From Deltaproteobacteria bacterium (GTDB lineage: Bacteria > Myxococcota_A > UBA9160 > SMWR01), in the NCBI GenBank assembly GCA_019310965.1, contig JAFDDG010000009.1:3180-67179 (forward strand): a stretch of 64,000 nucleotides of DNA, read 5' to 3'. Shown here piece by piece: positions 1 to 9,114 of the stretch (positions are counted from its first letter, which is position 1; each line of letters begins with the position of its first letter). The notes under the pieces are model-generated. The model was not told the origin of the DNA and searched no databases. It worked only from the letters and a program-made list of their open reading frames with translations. The position numbers were made by a program, and so were the translations under genes.

Positions 1-426
1 CGTGTCGCGCATGATCGGCACCGCCACGATCGCGTAATAGGCGATGCCATTCCAGCGACCGAGCCTGCTCGGCCGCAGACCCTGTGCCGCGAAGGCCCTG
101 GAATCGGCGGCGTACTGCACGAACGCCAGAACGATCAGGGGCGCCAGCGCGGCGGGCAACACCCCGCCGCTCGCGAGAGCGCAACAACCCACGCTGACAA
201 AGGTGGCGTCGGCCGCGTGATCGATCGCGCCGCCGAGGGGGGTCGCCTCGCCGTAGCGCCGCGCCACCCAACCATCAGCAAAGTCGCTGCCGACGGCCAG
301 CCAGAAAATCACCGCCGCGAACTCCGCTCGTTCTGACACGATCGCCCAGCCGAATGGCGGCACCAGTAACAGGCGCGGCAACGTCAGCGCCGTAGCTCGG
401 GTCCAGAGCGTGCGCCTGGCAGACAT
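1..426 (-). CDS. CDP-alcohol phosphatidyltransferase family protein (3' end outside window)
   Basis: Not in ORF track. Manual translation from ATG 426 gives MSARRTLWTRATALTLPRLLLV...SDFADGWVARRYGEATPLGGAIDHAADATF, matching the DxxDGxxAR...G...D..D motif. Confidence 0.85.
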   Translation of the reverse strand, partial: MSARRTLWTRATALTLPRLLLVPPFGWAIVSERAEFAAVIFWLAVGSDFADGWVARRYGEATPLGGAIDHAADATFVSVGCCALASGGVLPAALAPLIVLAFVQYAADSRAFAAQGLRPSRLGRWNGIAYYAIVAVPIMRDT

Positions 427-469
427 CGAGTGACGACAGTAACAGCGCCCACGCTACTCTGCAGCTCCC

Positions 470-829
470 ATGACACCTCGAGCCCACGCGCTCTTCGGAG
501 CCAATCCAACGCTGGTAGCCGCACTCGCCGCAACGCTGCTGGCTGCGGCCTGCAGCGACGACACCAAGGTCGAGACCACTGAGATGCGCGGCGAGCGGGT
601 CTACCGCAACGTCTGTGCCACATGCCACGGCAGCAACCCGAACCGGGACGGCGTGACCGGACCCGCCATCGCCGACGCTTCCGAGGAGTTGCTTCGAGCC
701 CGCGTGTTGCGCGGCGAATACCCGCCCGGCTACACGCCCAAGCGCAACACCAGGCAGATGGTGGCGCTTCCCTACCTCGAGCCGGTGATTCCCGACCTGT
801 CTGCCTACCTGGCATCAGTCGAGCGCTGA
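470..829 (+). CDS. Monoheme c-type cytochrome, probable lipoprotein
   Basis: CATCH heme motif, hydrophobic N-terminus with lipobox-like LAAAC, distal Met. Confidence 0.85.
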   Translation: MTPRAHALFGANPTLVAALAATLLAAACSDDTKVETTEMRGERVYRNVCATCHGSNPNRDGVTGPAIADASEELLRARVLRGEYPPGYTPKRNTRQMVALPYLEPVIPDLSAYLASVER

Positions 830-899
830 CACCAAGCGAAAACCGGGTGCGCGCCCGCCAGGACACGCACCCGGTTTCGTGCGAAGCGAAAGACTCGGG

Positions 900-1598
900 T
901 CAGATCAGGAACATCTGCGCAAGCATCAACACCGCGGTGAGGACGACACCGGCGTGGATGGTGCCCGACACCGTCGTGAGCGGCTTCTGGCTGGCGGCAC
1001 CGGGACCGATCAGACCGTTGATCTCGACCAGCGCGATCACGATGAGCGCGGCGATCCAGTAGGTCTGCACGCCGTCGCCGACATCGGCACCGCGGGCCAG
1101 CGAAGGCAGGTGGCTCGCTGCCGCCATGAAGAAGAGCATCGGGATCGAAAAGAGCGTGTTGGTGCGCGAGGCCATGCCGGCTTTTCCGCCCGCCGCCGCG
1201 GCCGCCGGATTGGGCTCGGCGCCACCCGCAACCTTGTTGGCATTCTCGATCACGATTTTCTGCGCGGGCCAGATGACGAACCAGACATTCGCCCACATCA
1301 GCGTGCCCATCGCACCGCCGGTCAGAATGCGCGTGAAGTAGCCGGACGTCAGGGGCACGCCGCCGTGAAGCTTCATGGCCACGATCAACCAGCCGGTGAG
1401 GAAAGTGAACATCGCGCCCCAACGGAACCACCACAGTGCGTTTGGCACGAGTTCGCGGGTCATCGCGCCCTTTGCCGTAGCACCCAGCTCAGTGCCAAAG
1501 AATGGCGTCTGAATGAAGTTGAAGTAGTAGAGCACCCCGATCCAGGTAATGCCCGCCAAGAAGTGGAACCAGCGCAGAACGAATTCTGCCACCTCCAT
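900..1598 (-). CDS. Urate hydroxylase PuuD N-terminal-like (DUF989-type) membrane protein
   Basis: RWFHFLAGITWIGVLYYFNF, WWFRWGA, NVWFVIWPAQK and SRTNTLFSIPMLFFM motifs. GAGGAGG RBS before ATG 1598. Confidence 0.75.
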   Translation of the reverse strand: MEVAEFVLRWFHFLAGITWIGVLYYFNFIQTPFFGTELGATAKGAMTRELVPNALWWFRWGAMFTFLTGWLIVAMKLHGGVPLTSGYFTRILTGGAMGTLMWANVWFVIWPAQKIVIENANKVAGGAEPNPAAAAAGGKAGMASRTNTLFSIPMLFFMAAASHLPSLARGADVGDGVQTYWIAALIVIALVEINGLIGPGAASQKPLTTVSGTIHAGVVLTAVLMLAQMFLI

Positions 1599-1706
1599 CA
1601 CGAACCTCCTCTTCTCGGGGTGGAGGGCTGGGAACATCCCATGACACACGCACCCCAGCTGTGAACAACGAGATTCTACTCGACCGCGGCAACGCTGCTC
1701 GGATTT

Positions 1707-2609
1707 TCAGCGTGGCCGGGGGATGCGCGTCGTGATACGGTCCCAGCCAAGCGACTCGAATAACGCCTCGGCGACGGTGTGGTCGCTGAGCTTCCACTGC
1801 AGGCATCGCAAGTCGCCGCGCAGACCGGGGACGTCGCGCACCAGGGTCGCGAGGCCGCGGGTCCGGAGCGCGAGTTCGCGGTGCTCGTCCACCAGGCCGG
1901 CGGCGCGCGTGGCACCTCGGACCCGCAGGCCCTCCCACTTCTCGGCGTCCGCCGGGATGTCCTCGATGCGGCCGAAGGCGCGCAGCGCCACGGAGGCGCC
2001 CTTCGGCCCGACCCCCGGCACGCCGGGCAAGTTGTCGACCACATCACCGATCAGCCCCAGGTAGTCGGTGATCTGGTCCGGAGCGACGCCAAACTTCTCG
2101 CGCACGCCGTCTGCATCCACATCGCGTTCGCGCTTCATGTCCCACAGCGTGGCTCGTCCATCCTCGCGCACGAGCTGCGCCATATCCTTGTCCGTGGTGA
2201 CGATGCGCGCGCTGGCGCCGCGCGCCAGCAGCCGCGTGGCCCACGTAGCAATCACGTCGTCGGCCTCGTAGCCCTCGACCTCACCCAGCTGGATGCCGAG
2301 GGCCCGCGTGATCTCCATGCACATCTCCCACTGGGGCTCGAGATCGTCCGGCATCTCGTCGCGCTGTGCCTTGTACTCCGGGAACTCCTCGTTTCGAAAG
2401 CTCTCCTGCGCGAAGTCGAAGGCGACCGCGATGTGGGTCGGCTCGTGATCGGCCAGGTAGCGCAACAGCGTATTCGCATAGCCGTAGGCGGCGTTCGTCG
2501 GCCGGCCGTCCGGGCTCGTCATCGACGGCAGCGAATAGTAGGCACGGAACACCCAGATCGGGCCGTCGATCAGGTGGACGAGCGGTCCCCGCGTCCTGCG
2601 CTTCGCCAT
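1707..2609 (-). CDS. Stand-alone 5'-3' exonuclease / flap endonuclease
   Basis: LIDG, YKAQR, EADD, DKD and H3TH (GDVVDNLPGVPGVGPK) motifs; no polymerase domain. Confidence 0.9.
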   Translation of the reverse strand: MAKRRTRGPLVHLIDGPIWVFRAYYSLPSMTSPDGRPTNAAYGYANTLLRYLADHEPTHIAVAFDFAQESFRNEEFPEYKAQRDEMPDDLEPQWEMCMEITRALGIQLGEVEGYEADDVIATWATRLLARGASARIVTTDKDMAQLVREDGRATLWDMKRERDVDADGVREKFGVAPDQITDYLGLIGDVVDNLPGVPGVGPKGASVALRAFGRIEDIPADAEKWEGLRVRGATRAAGLVDEHRELALRTRGLATLVRDVPGLRGDLRCLQWKLSDHTVAEALFESLGWDRITTRIPRPR

Positions 2610-4333
2610 CAGATCTGCGATGAGAAGTTGCGCTCTTCGAAGACGTTCTCCGCCACCGCCTTGGCCGCTTTCGTGAGGTCGATCTCGCGAGACTTGCGCG
2701 TCTTGCGACGCACGAGCTCGACCTTGCCTTCCTTGAGACCCTTGGGTCCGACGGTGATGCGGTAGGGAATTCCGATCAGCTCAGCGTCCTTGAACTTCAC
2801 GCCGGGCCGCTCATCGCGATCGTCGAGCAGCACATCGATGCCCTCGCCCCGCAGCGCATCGTAGAGGGCGCCGGACGCGTCGCTGGTCTCAGCGCTTTTC
2901 GCGTTCACCTGGGTGATGACCACTTCGTAGGGCGCAACGCTGAGCGGCCAGACCATGCCGGCCTCGTCGTGATGCTGCTCGACGATCGCCGCCATGGTGC
3001 GCTGGATGCCAATGCCGTAGGAGCCCATCACGATCGGGCGCTTCTGGCCCGCGTCGTCGAGGACGGCGGCACCCATCATCTCGTAGCGTGTGCCTAGCTT
3101 GAAGATGTGACCGATCTCGATCGTCTTCTGCACGGCCAGCGCGCCATCGCACATGGGGCAGGGCTCGCCTTCGTTCACTTCGCGCAGATCCAGCCAGCGG
3201 CCGACGTCGATGTCGCGCGCAATATCGACGCCGCGCAGGTGAAAATCGTCTTCGTTGGCGCCGGTGGTCATGTTCTTGCGGCCTGCGAGCGCCGCGTCTG
3301 CAGCGATGGCCAGCCCGCTCACGCCGACACCGCCGAGGCTTCCGGGCGAAGCGCCGAGCGCGGCTCGAATCTCGTCGTCGGAAGCGGGACGCAGATCCTG
3401 CGCCTGCAACCCGTCCTGCAGCTTCTGCTCGACGAGCGAGTGATCGCCGCGCAGCAGCACCAGCGTGGTGTTGCCATCGACGACGTAGACGAGGGTCTTG
3501 ATCTGCCGCCCTGCTGGCGCGCCGCCATCGAAGCTCTCGAGGTCATCGATGCTGCGCTGTCCCGGCGTGGCGAAGCGCTCGGGCTGCCCCGGACCGGCCT
3601 CGTCCGCGATCTCTGGCAACGTCGAAGTCGCCTTCTCGAAGTTCGCCGCGTAACCGCAGCTTCCGCAGGAGGCGACCCAGTCTTCGCCGGCGTCGCTCGT
3701 CGTCATGAACTCGATGCTCTCACTGCCACCCATGCTGCCGGAGGATGCCTCGACGGCCAGCGCGTCGAGCCCGCAGCTCGCGAAGATCTTGCGATACGCA
3801 TCGAAATGCTTCTGGAACGCAACATCCAATCCCTCGGTGTCGAGGTCGAGCGAGTAGGAGTCCTTCATGGTGAACTCACGCACGCGCAGCAGGCCCGACT
3901 TCGGCCGCGGCTCATCGCGGAACTTCGTCGCGATCTGGTACCAGATCTGCGGGAGCTGCCGGTAGCTGCGCAGCTCCGAGGCGATCGTCGCGAAGATCTC
4001 CTCAGCGGTCATGCCAAGAGCCATGTCCGTGCCCTTGCGATCCTGCAGGCGGAACATCTCTTCGCCCAGCGTCTCCCAGCGACCGGAACGCTTCCAGACG
4101 TCTGCTGGGTGCAACGACGGGAGCGCAAACTCCTGGCCTCCGATCTCGTCCATCTCCTTGCGGACGATGGCTTCGATCTTCGTGCACACGCGCTTTGCCA
4201 AGGGCAGCGTCGAATAGACGCCCGCGGTGAGTTGCCGCACGTAGCCCGCGCGCACCAGGAGCTTGTGACTCGCCGCCTCGGCGTCGGCGGGATCGTCGCG
4301 CAGGGTGGGAATGAAGCTGTGAGACCAGCGCAT
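2609..4333 (-). CDS. proS: Proline--tRNA ligase
   Basis: FRDEPRPKSGLLRVREFTMKD, GHIFKLG and MGSYGIG motifs; insertion editing domain. Confidence 0.97.
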   Translation of the reverse strand: MRWSHSFIPTLRDDPADAEAASHKLLVRAGYVRQLTAGVYSTLPLAKRVCTKIEAIVRKEMDEIGGQEFALPSLHPADVWKRSGRWETLGEEMFRLQDRKGTDMALGMTAEEIFATIASELRSYRQLPQIWYQIATKFRDEPRPKSGLLRVREFTMKDSYSLDLDTEGLDVAFQKHFDAYRKIFASCGLDALAVEASSGSMGGSESIEFMTTSDAGEDWVASCGSCGYAANFEKATSTLPEIADEAGPGQPERFATPGQRSIDDLESFDGGAPAGRQIKTLVYVVDGNTTLVLLRGDHSLVEQKLQDGLQAQDLRPASDDEIRAALGASPGSLGGVGVSGLAIAADAALAGRKNMTTGANEDDFHLRGVDIARDIDVGRWLDLREVNEGEPCPMCDGALAVQKTIEIGHIFKLGTRYEMMGAAVLDDAGQKRPIVMGSYGIGIQRTMAAIVEQHHDEAGMVWPLSVAPYEVVITQVNAKSAETSDASGALYDALRGEGIDVLLDDRDERPGVKFKDAELIGIPYRITVGPKGLKEGKVELVRRKTRKSREIDLTKAAKAVAENVFEERNFSSQI

Positions 4334-4397
4334 GGCCCGACGCTAGCTCAGGCGAGCAGGGGCGCGAAGCGCCGACGCGGCAATCGGAGCTGGAACC

Positions 4398-5273
4398 TCA
4401 GAGTTCGAACGCCGGAACACCCAGCGCCGGCGCCGCGTCGAGGTAGGCACGCCGCAGCTTGCTCCATACCTCGCCGGGGCGGCCGCTGCCGATCTCGCGC
4501 CCGTCGAGAGAGCGCACCGGCACGACGCCCGCGCCACTGCCGCTGAGAAATACCTCATCGGCGGCGAAGAGATCGAAGCGCGTGAGGCTGCGCTCGGCCG
4601 CTGGAATGCCGAGCGAGCCCGCCAGCTCGAGCAGCGTGCGGCGAGTGATGCCCTCGAGGGCGCCGTCCGAGACCGGCGGAGTCACCAGCTCGCCGCGCAG
4701 CACCGCAAAAAGGTTGGCCACCGCCGCCTCGGCCACGTGGCCGGAAAGATTGAGCAGCAGCGCCTCGTCCGCGCCCTGGCGCCGCGCCTCGCCCTTGGCC
4801 AGCACGTTGTTCAGGTAATTCAGGCTCTTCACACGCGGGTCGAGCACGTCCGGGGGCGGACGGCGCACACTGGCCGTCACCAGCGCGATGCCTTCCGCGA
4901 GCTTCTCATCGGGGTAGATGTGCACGTCGGAGGCAATGCAAAAGAGCTTTGGATCGTGACAGGTGGTCGGGTCGACGCCGAGTGCACCTTCGCCGCGGGT
5001 CACCACCAGGCGCACGTAAGCCTCGGGCTCGCCGTGCGCACGCACCGTCTCGAGCACGATCTCGCGAATGCGGCTCAGGCCGCCGGGCAACTCCAGGTCC
5101 AACGCCTTCGCTCCGGCAGCGAGCCGCGCCAGGTGATCGTCGAGCCGAAAGACGTTGCCTGAGAAGACACGGATGCCCTCGAAGACGCCGTCGCCGTAGA
5201 GCAGCCCGTGATCCGTGACCGGCAGCTTCGCCGCGCCGGCTTCCAGCACTTTCCCATCGAGCCAGATCTTCAT
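4398..5273 (-). CDS. ilvE: Branched-chain amino acid aminotransferase
   Basis: DHGLLYGDGVFEG, KSLNYLNN and LEGITR motifs (class IV PLP enzyme). Start placed at MKIWLDG. Confidence 0.92.
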   Translation of the reverse strand: MKIWLDGKVLEAGAAKLPVTDHGLLYGDGVFEGIRVFSGNVFRLDDHLARLAAGAKALDLELPGGLSRIREIVLETVRAHGEPEAYVRLVVTRGEGALGVDPTTCHDPKLFCIASDVHIYPDEKLAEGIALVTASVRRPPPDVLDPRVKSLNYLNNVLAKGEARRQGADEALLLNLSGHVAEAAVANLFAVLRGELVTPPVSDGALEGITRRTLLELAGSLGIPAAERSLTRFDLFAADEVFLSGSGAGVVPVRSLDGREIGSGRPGEVWSKLRRAYLDAAPALGVPAFEL

Positions 5274-5393
5274 CGGGCTGACCCCATCGTGCATCGGCCG
5301 TGATTTCGCGAACAGACTTTCATCGAACCGCCCCCTTGTCGCGTCGCTCGTGGCCCCGGCCAGGAGTCGGCATCGCGGCCACCCTCTTCAGCT

Positions 5394-6152
5394 TCACCCG
5401 TCGTCCGTGCCCGCGAGGCGCGCCCCAATGCGTTCGCCGGCTGCCAGCATTCGCCGCGCCAGCTCCCCGCTTCCGAGCGCTTCGAGGCGCTGTGCACTGG
5501 AGGCCAGGGCCACCGCGGCCTGCAGGCGTCCCGACGCCATCACCGGGGCGGCCACGACGGCGAGCCCCGGAATCCACTCCTCGCGGTTGACCGCAAAGCC
5601 CTGCTCCCGCGCGCGCCGGACGTCGCGCGCCAGCTCTTCGGGAACCGCGCGCGTCTGCTCGGTGAAGCGTTCGAGCTCGCCCTCGGGCAGCGAGACACAA
5701 CCATCGCCAAAAGCGAGGAAGAGCTTGCCGACCGCGGTGGCGTGCACGGGCACCTCGGCGCCGACCCGCGGCGAGGCGCGCAGGAAACCGGTCCCCTCGG
5801 CCTTGTCGAGCACCAGCAGCCGCCCAGCCCGCGCCGCCACCAGGAATACCGTCTCGTCGAGCGCCGCCGCCTCGGCCTCGAGCACCGGGCGCGCCGCCGC
5901 CAGCACCGGCTCGCGCTCGAGGGCACCGAGCCCGAGCGCCACGAGCCCGATGCCGGTGCGGTAGTGCCCGCGGGCGTCGCGCTCCACCAGGCTGCGCCGC
6001 ACCAGCGCGGCGAGCAGCCGGTGCACGCTCGACTTCGGCATGTCGAGAGCGCGGCCGATGGCGGTCACCCCCACCCCTGCCGGCTCTGTGTGCAGGTGGT
6101 AGAGGATTTCGATCGCCTTCTCGAGGCTGCCAAGGGACTCGGTGGACGCCAT
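5394..6152 (-). CDS. IclR family transcriptional regulator
   Basis: N-terminal HTH (LDMPKSSVHRLLAAL) and HATAVGK effector-domain motif. Confidence 0.92.
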   Translation of the reverse strand: MASTESLGSLEKAIEILYHLHTEPAGVGVTAIGRALDMPKSSVHRLLAALVRRSLVERDARGHYRTGIGLVALGLGALEREPVLAAARPVLEAEAAALDETVFLVAARAGRLLVLDKAEGTGFLRASPRVGAEVPVHATAVGKLFLAFGDGCVSLPEGELERFTEQTRAVPEELARDVRRAREQGFAVNREEWIPGLAVVAAPVMASGRLQAAVALASSAQRLEALGSGELARRMLAAGERIGARLAGTDDG

Positions 6153-6155
6153 TTC

Positions 6156-6194
6156 TGTTCCGTATTGCAGAACAACGTTCTTTGATACAGAACA
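6156..6194. promoter_or_regulatory. Two tandem GTTC-N9-GAAC palindromes, putative IclR operators
   Basis: TGTTCcgtattgcaGAACA (6156-6174) and CGTTCtttgatacaGAACA (6176-6194), AT-rich, abutting the IclR start codon. Confidence 0.65.
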
Positions 6195-6231
6195 AATTAC
6201 CGCAAGGTCCTGGCCAGGATCAACCCGAATC

Positions 6232-7401
6232 TCAGCCCTCGAGCAGCGCCAGAACCCCCGTGTAGCTGAGCAACTCGGTCACCCCGCCGATCGGCCCGAT
6301 CTCGAACGAGCCGAACATGCCGGCTACCGGCGCCGGCCCCAGAGCCCGGTCCAGGTAGGCGGCTTCGAGCCCAGGAACCCCGAAGAAGCCGGCACCGCGC
6401 GCACAGCAGTTGAGGTAGAGCCCGCATACCGCAGCCGGGCTGACGACGCGCTCGAGCATCGCCTTCAAGTCCTCCCGCGCAGCGGCGGCATCGCGAAAAA
6501 CGAAGGCGATCCGATCACCTGGACGAACCTCCGCCGGAATTGCGAACGCGTTCGCATCTTCCTCGAGGCCGATGGCGTGGCGCACCAGATAGTTGCCGGG
6601 CGCCAGCGAGTCGCCACCCACGCCGGGCACCGGCTGCGCCACGAACACGAACTGCGCGGCGCGCCGCAGATCGTCGGCGAGAGCACCACCCGCCGCCTCG
6701 CGAAATACCTCGAGGGCCGGACGCCCGTCGATCTCGAGGATCCAATGGCCGCGGGCGCCGGTCACGGTGAGGAGCTCCGTCACCGGCCGGCACGCCTGCG
6801 TCACCCCGACGCGGGGCGGCGCGGTGCCGCGCAGCACCAGCGCCGAGATCGCTCCGGTGGCCACGCTGCGGCCGCACCACTGCAGGGGTGCATCGCCCAG
6901 GGCGTCACCGGCACCGGCACCCACCAGCGTGGCGGGCCCCAGCCGTTCACCGAGGGCCGGCAGCAGGGCCGAGCTGTCGAAGGTGCCCGGATCGGGCAGC
7001 AGCACCACCAGGTCTTCCGCACGCGGGGCGCCGAGCCGGGCCACGATCTCCTCCGCCGCAGCCTCCTCCTCGCCCGCCGGGTCCGGGACGAGGAAGGCCT
7101 CGGCCTCTAGGCCCTGGAAAGCGAGCACCGCCACGGCAGCCTGTGCTTCGCTCTCTTGGCCGGCCGCCAGCACGCCGTGGGCAGTGGCCCCCGCCAGCAC
7201 CTCCGTGCCCAGTTCGGCCGCAGTCGCATCGAGAATCAACGACACGTCGTCCCCGTAGCCCGGGCCCACGAAGACGAGGGCGCCATCGGCGCGCCCAGCG
7301 CCCTCGAGCGCCCGCTTGGCGGCTTCTGCCCCCGCCTGGCGGGCATCCGCCGCGGTCGAGATCCCGGCTCCGGCCTGCAACACGCGGAGAGTATCCGGCA
7401 T
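6232..7401 (-). CDS. FIST-domain protein
   Basis: VGVTQACRP, YLVR, YLNCCARG and AGMFGSFEIGP motifs typical of FIST_N/FIST_C. Confidence 0.88.
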   Translation of the reverse strand: MPDTLRVLQAGAGISTAADARQAGAEAAKRALEGAGRADGALVFVGPGYGDDVSLILDATAAELGTEVLAGATAHGVLAAGQESEAQAAVAVLAFQGLEAEAFLVPDPAGEEEAAAEEIVARLGAPRAEDLVVLLPDPGTFDSSALLPALGERLGPATLVGAGAGDALGDAPLQWCGRSVATGAISALVLRGTAPPRVGVTQACRPVTELLTVTGARGHWILEIDGRPALEVFREAAGGALADDLRRAAQFVFVAQPVPGVGGDSLAPGNYLVRHAIGLEEDANAFAIPAEVRPGDRIAFVFRDAAAAREDLKAMLERVVSPAAVCGLYLNCCARGAGFFGVPGLEAAYLDRALGPAPVAGMFGSFEIGPIGGVTELLSYTGVLALLEG

Positions 7402-7588
7402 GCGGGCCGCCCCCGCCTCCGGGTCGGCTGGCCGCTCGGCCCGGCCACGCTTTCACGCCCCGCCGGGCTCGGCTAGCATCGCCGCTGCGTCACCTCGCCC
7501 CTCCTTGGCGTCGCTTGGCTCTCCCCCAGAAAATCAAGTCCCTGCTTGGGTACTCATTCCGAAACCCTCAGGGGACGGAGAGCGGACC

Positions 7589-8875
7589 ATTAAGGCTCCT
7601 GAATTGTCTGATTTCGAAGTCATCGAAACGAAAGCGGATCTAGACGTCCTCGCTCAGGATCTGCAGTCGGAGAAGGTGATCGGCGTCGATACCGAGGCCG
7701 ACAGCTTCTACCACTACTTCGACAAGACCTGCCTGGTGCAGATCGCCACCCGCAAACAGATCTACCTGATCGACCCGTTGGCGCTCGGGGGACCGGCAGA
7801 GCTCGCACCGCTCGGGCCCGTTTTTGCGTCGCCGGAAACCACCACGATCTTCCACGCGGCGGAGTACGACCTCTTCGTGCTGAAGCGCGATTGCGGCTTC
7901 AGCTTCGACGCCCTCTTCGACACGATGATCAGCGCGCAGCTGCTCGGCTACCCGTCCGTCGGGCTCGCAAGCCTGGCGGAACGCCACTACGGAGTGAACC
8001 TGCCGAAGGACGAGCAACGTTCCGACTGGTCGCGACGACCCTTGCGCGACAAGCAGCTCAACTACGCGGCGGCGGACGTGGTGTACCTGATCGCGTTGCG
8101 GGAGATCCTGACCAAGGAGCTGCGCGCCGCGAAGCGATTGCGCTGGGCTCAGGAAGAGTTCAAGACACTGTGTGCGCGGCAGTGGCCCGAACGCGAGTTC
8201 GACAAGCTCGGCTACCTGCGCATCAAGGGCGCGCGCAAGCTCGACCCGAACGGGTTGTCGGTGTTGCGCGAGCTGTACTACGCCCGCGACGAACGCGCGA
8301 GAGAGATCGACCGGCCGCCGTTCAAGGTGCTCGGAAACCGCACGCTGCTCGACATCGCAGAGCGCAAGCCCACAAAGCTGGCAGAGCTGGCCGAAATCAA
8401 GGGCATCACCGACCTGCTGCTGCGACGCCTGGGCCGCAACATCATGGCGGCCGTCCGCAAGGGCCGAAAGGAAGCGCACGGACCGATCCCGAAGCTCGGT
8501 GGCAGCCGCCGGCGCATGGACAGACACGCCGAGCGCAGGCTCGCGGCGCTCAAAGCCTGGCGCGCCGAGCGGGCCTCCGACACGAAGCTCGACCCCGGTG
8601 TGCTGGCACCGAACTCTGTGCTGGAAGCGATTGCCTGGCGCAATCCGTCATCGCAGACAGAGCTCGAGGACTTGCCGGAGCTGAAGGGCTGGTTCCGTCG
8701 GGAATTCGGCGCCGAGGTGGTGCGCACCAGCTGTGACGCGAACGACGCTTTGGCCGCCAAGCCCGAGTCGAAGCCGCAGGGCGGGCGACGCGGCCGTGGG
8801 CGCGGGCGAGGCCGCGGGCAGCGCTCGAGGAGCGGCGGCGAAGACGCCGGCGACGCGGGCGAGGAAGAGGCCTGA
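7589..8875 (+). CDS. rnd: Ribonuclease D (DEDD exonuclease plus HRDC domains); start uncertain (ATT 7589 or TTG 7604)
   Basis: GVDTEAD, HAAEYD, FDTMISAQLLG, QRSDWSRRPL and YAAADV motifs; C-terminal HRDC; RG-rich tail. Confidence 0.92.
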   Translation: MKAPELSDFEVIETKADLDVLAQDLQSEKVIGVDTEADSFYHYFDKTCLVQIATRKQIYLIDPLALGGPAELAPLGPVFASPETTTIFHAAEYDLFVLKRDCGFSFDALFDTMISAQLLGYPSVGLASLAERHYGVNLPKDEQRSDWSRRPLRDKQLNYAAADVVYLIALREILTKELRAAKRLRWAQEEFKTLCARQWPEREFDKLGYLRIKGARKLDPNGLSVLRELYYARDERAREIDRPPFKVLGNRTLLDIAERKPTKLAELAEIKGITDLLLRRLGRNIMAAVRKGRKEAHGPIPKLGGSRRRMDRHAERRLAALKAWRAERASDTKLDPGVLAPNSVLEAIAWRNPSSQTELEDLPELKGWFRREFGAEVVRTSCDANDALAAKPESKPQGGRRGRGRGRGRGQRSRSGGEDAGDAGEEEA

Positions 8876-8912
8876 CCCCCGGGTCGGAGGGTCACTCCCG
8901 TCGCGAGGGGGG

Positions 8913-8953
8913 AGAAACAGAAAGCCCCCGGGTCGGACCGTCCGACCGGGGGC
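8913..8953 (-). terminator. Intrinsic terminator (minus strand)
   Basis: GCCCCCGGTCGGA-CGG-TCCGACCCGGGGGC stem followed by TTTCTGTTTC. Confidence 0.8.
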
Positions 8954-9104
8954 TCTAGCGACTGTCTTTCCGTCTGGGAGACCGAAAAGGCGGGTGCCAT
9001 TCGTTGGGGAAAGCGCCTTATGGATTCGGACTCCTTCCGGAGGATGGGCCGAGCCGTCCGTGCGCGCCCGCTTACGTCCGACTCGGCCACTCCAGATCGC
9101 TGTG
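8913..9104 (-). ncRNA. Putative sigma-54-dependent structured small RNA (~190 nt)
   Basis: Bounded by a sigma-54 promoter and a terminator. 5' AGCGA/TCTGGAG pairs with 3' CTCCCAGA/TCGCT; internal hairpins; no credible protein. Confidence 0.65.
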
Positions 9105-9114
9105 TGGGGACTAA

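Noticed and set aside
8913-9104. Candidate sRNA as tmRNA, RNase P RNA or SRP RNA
   Set aside because: It lacks tRNA-like ends, the GAGGAAAGUCC motif, and the CAGG/AGCAG loop around the GGAA tetraloop. 6S RNA is not fully excluded without a covariance-model search.
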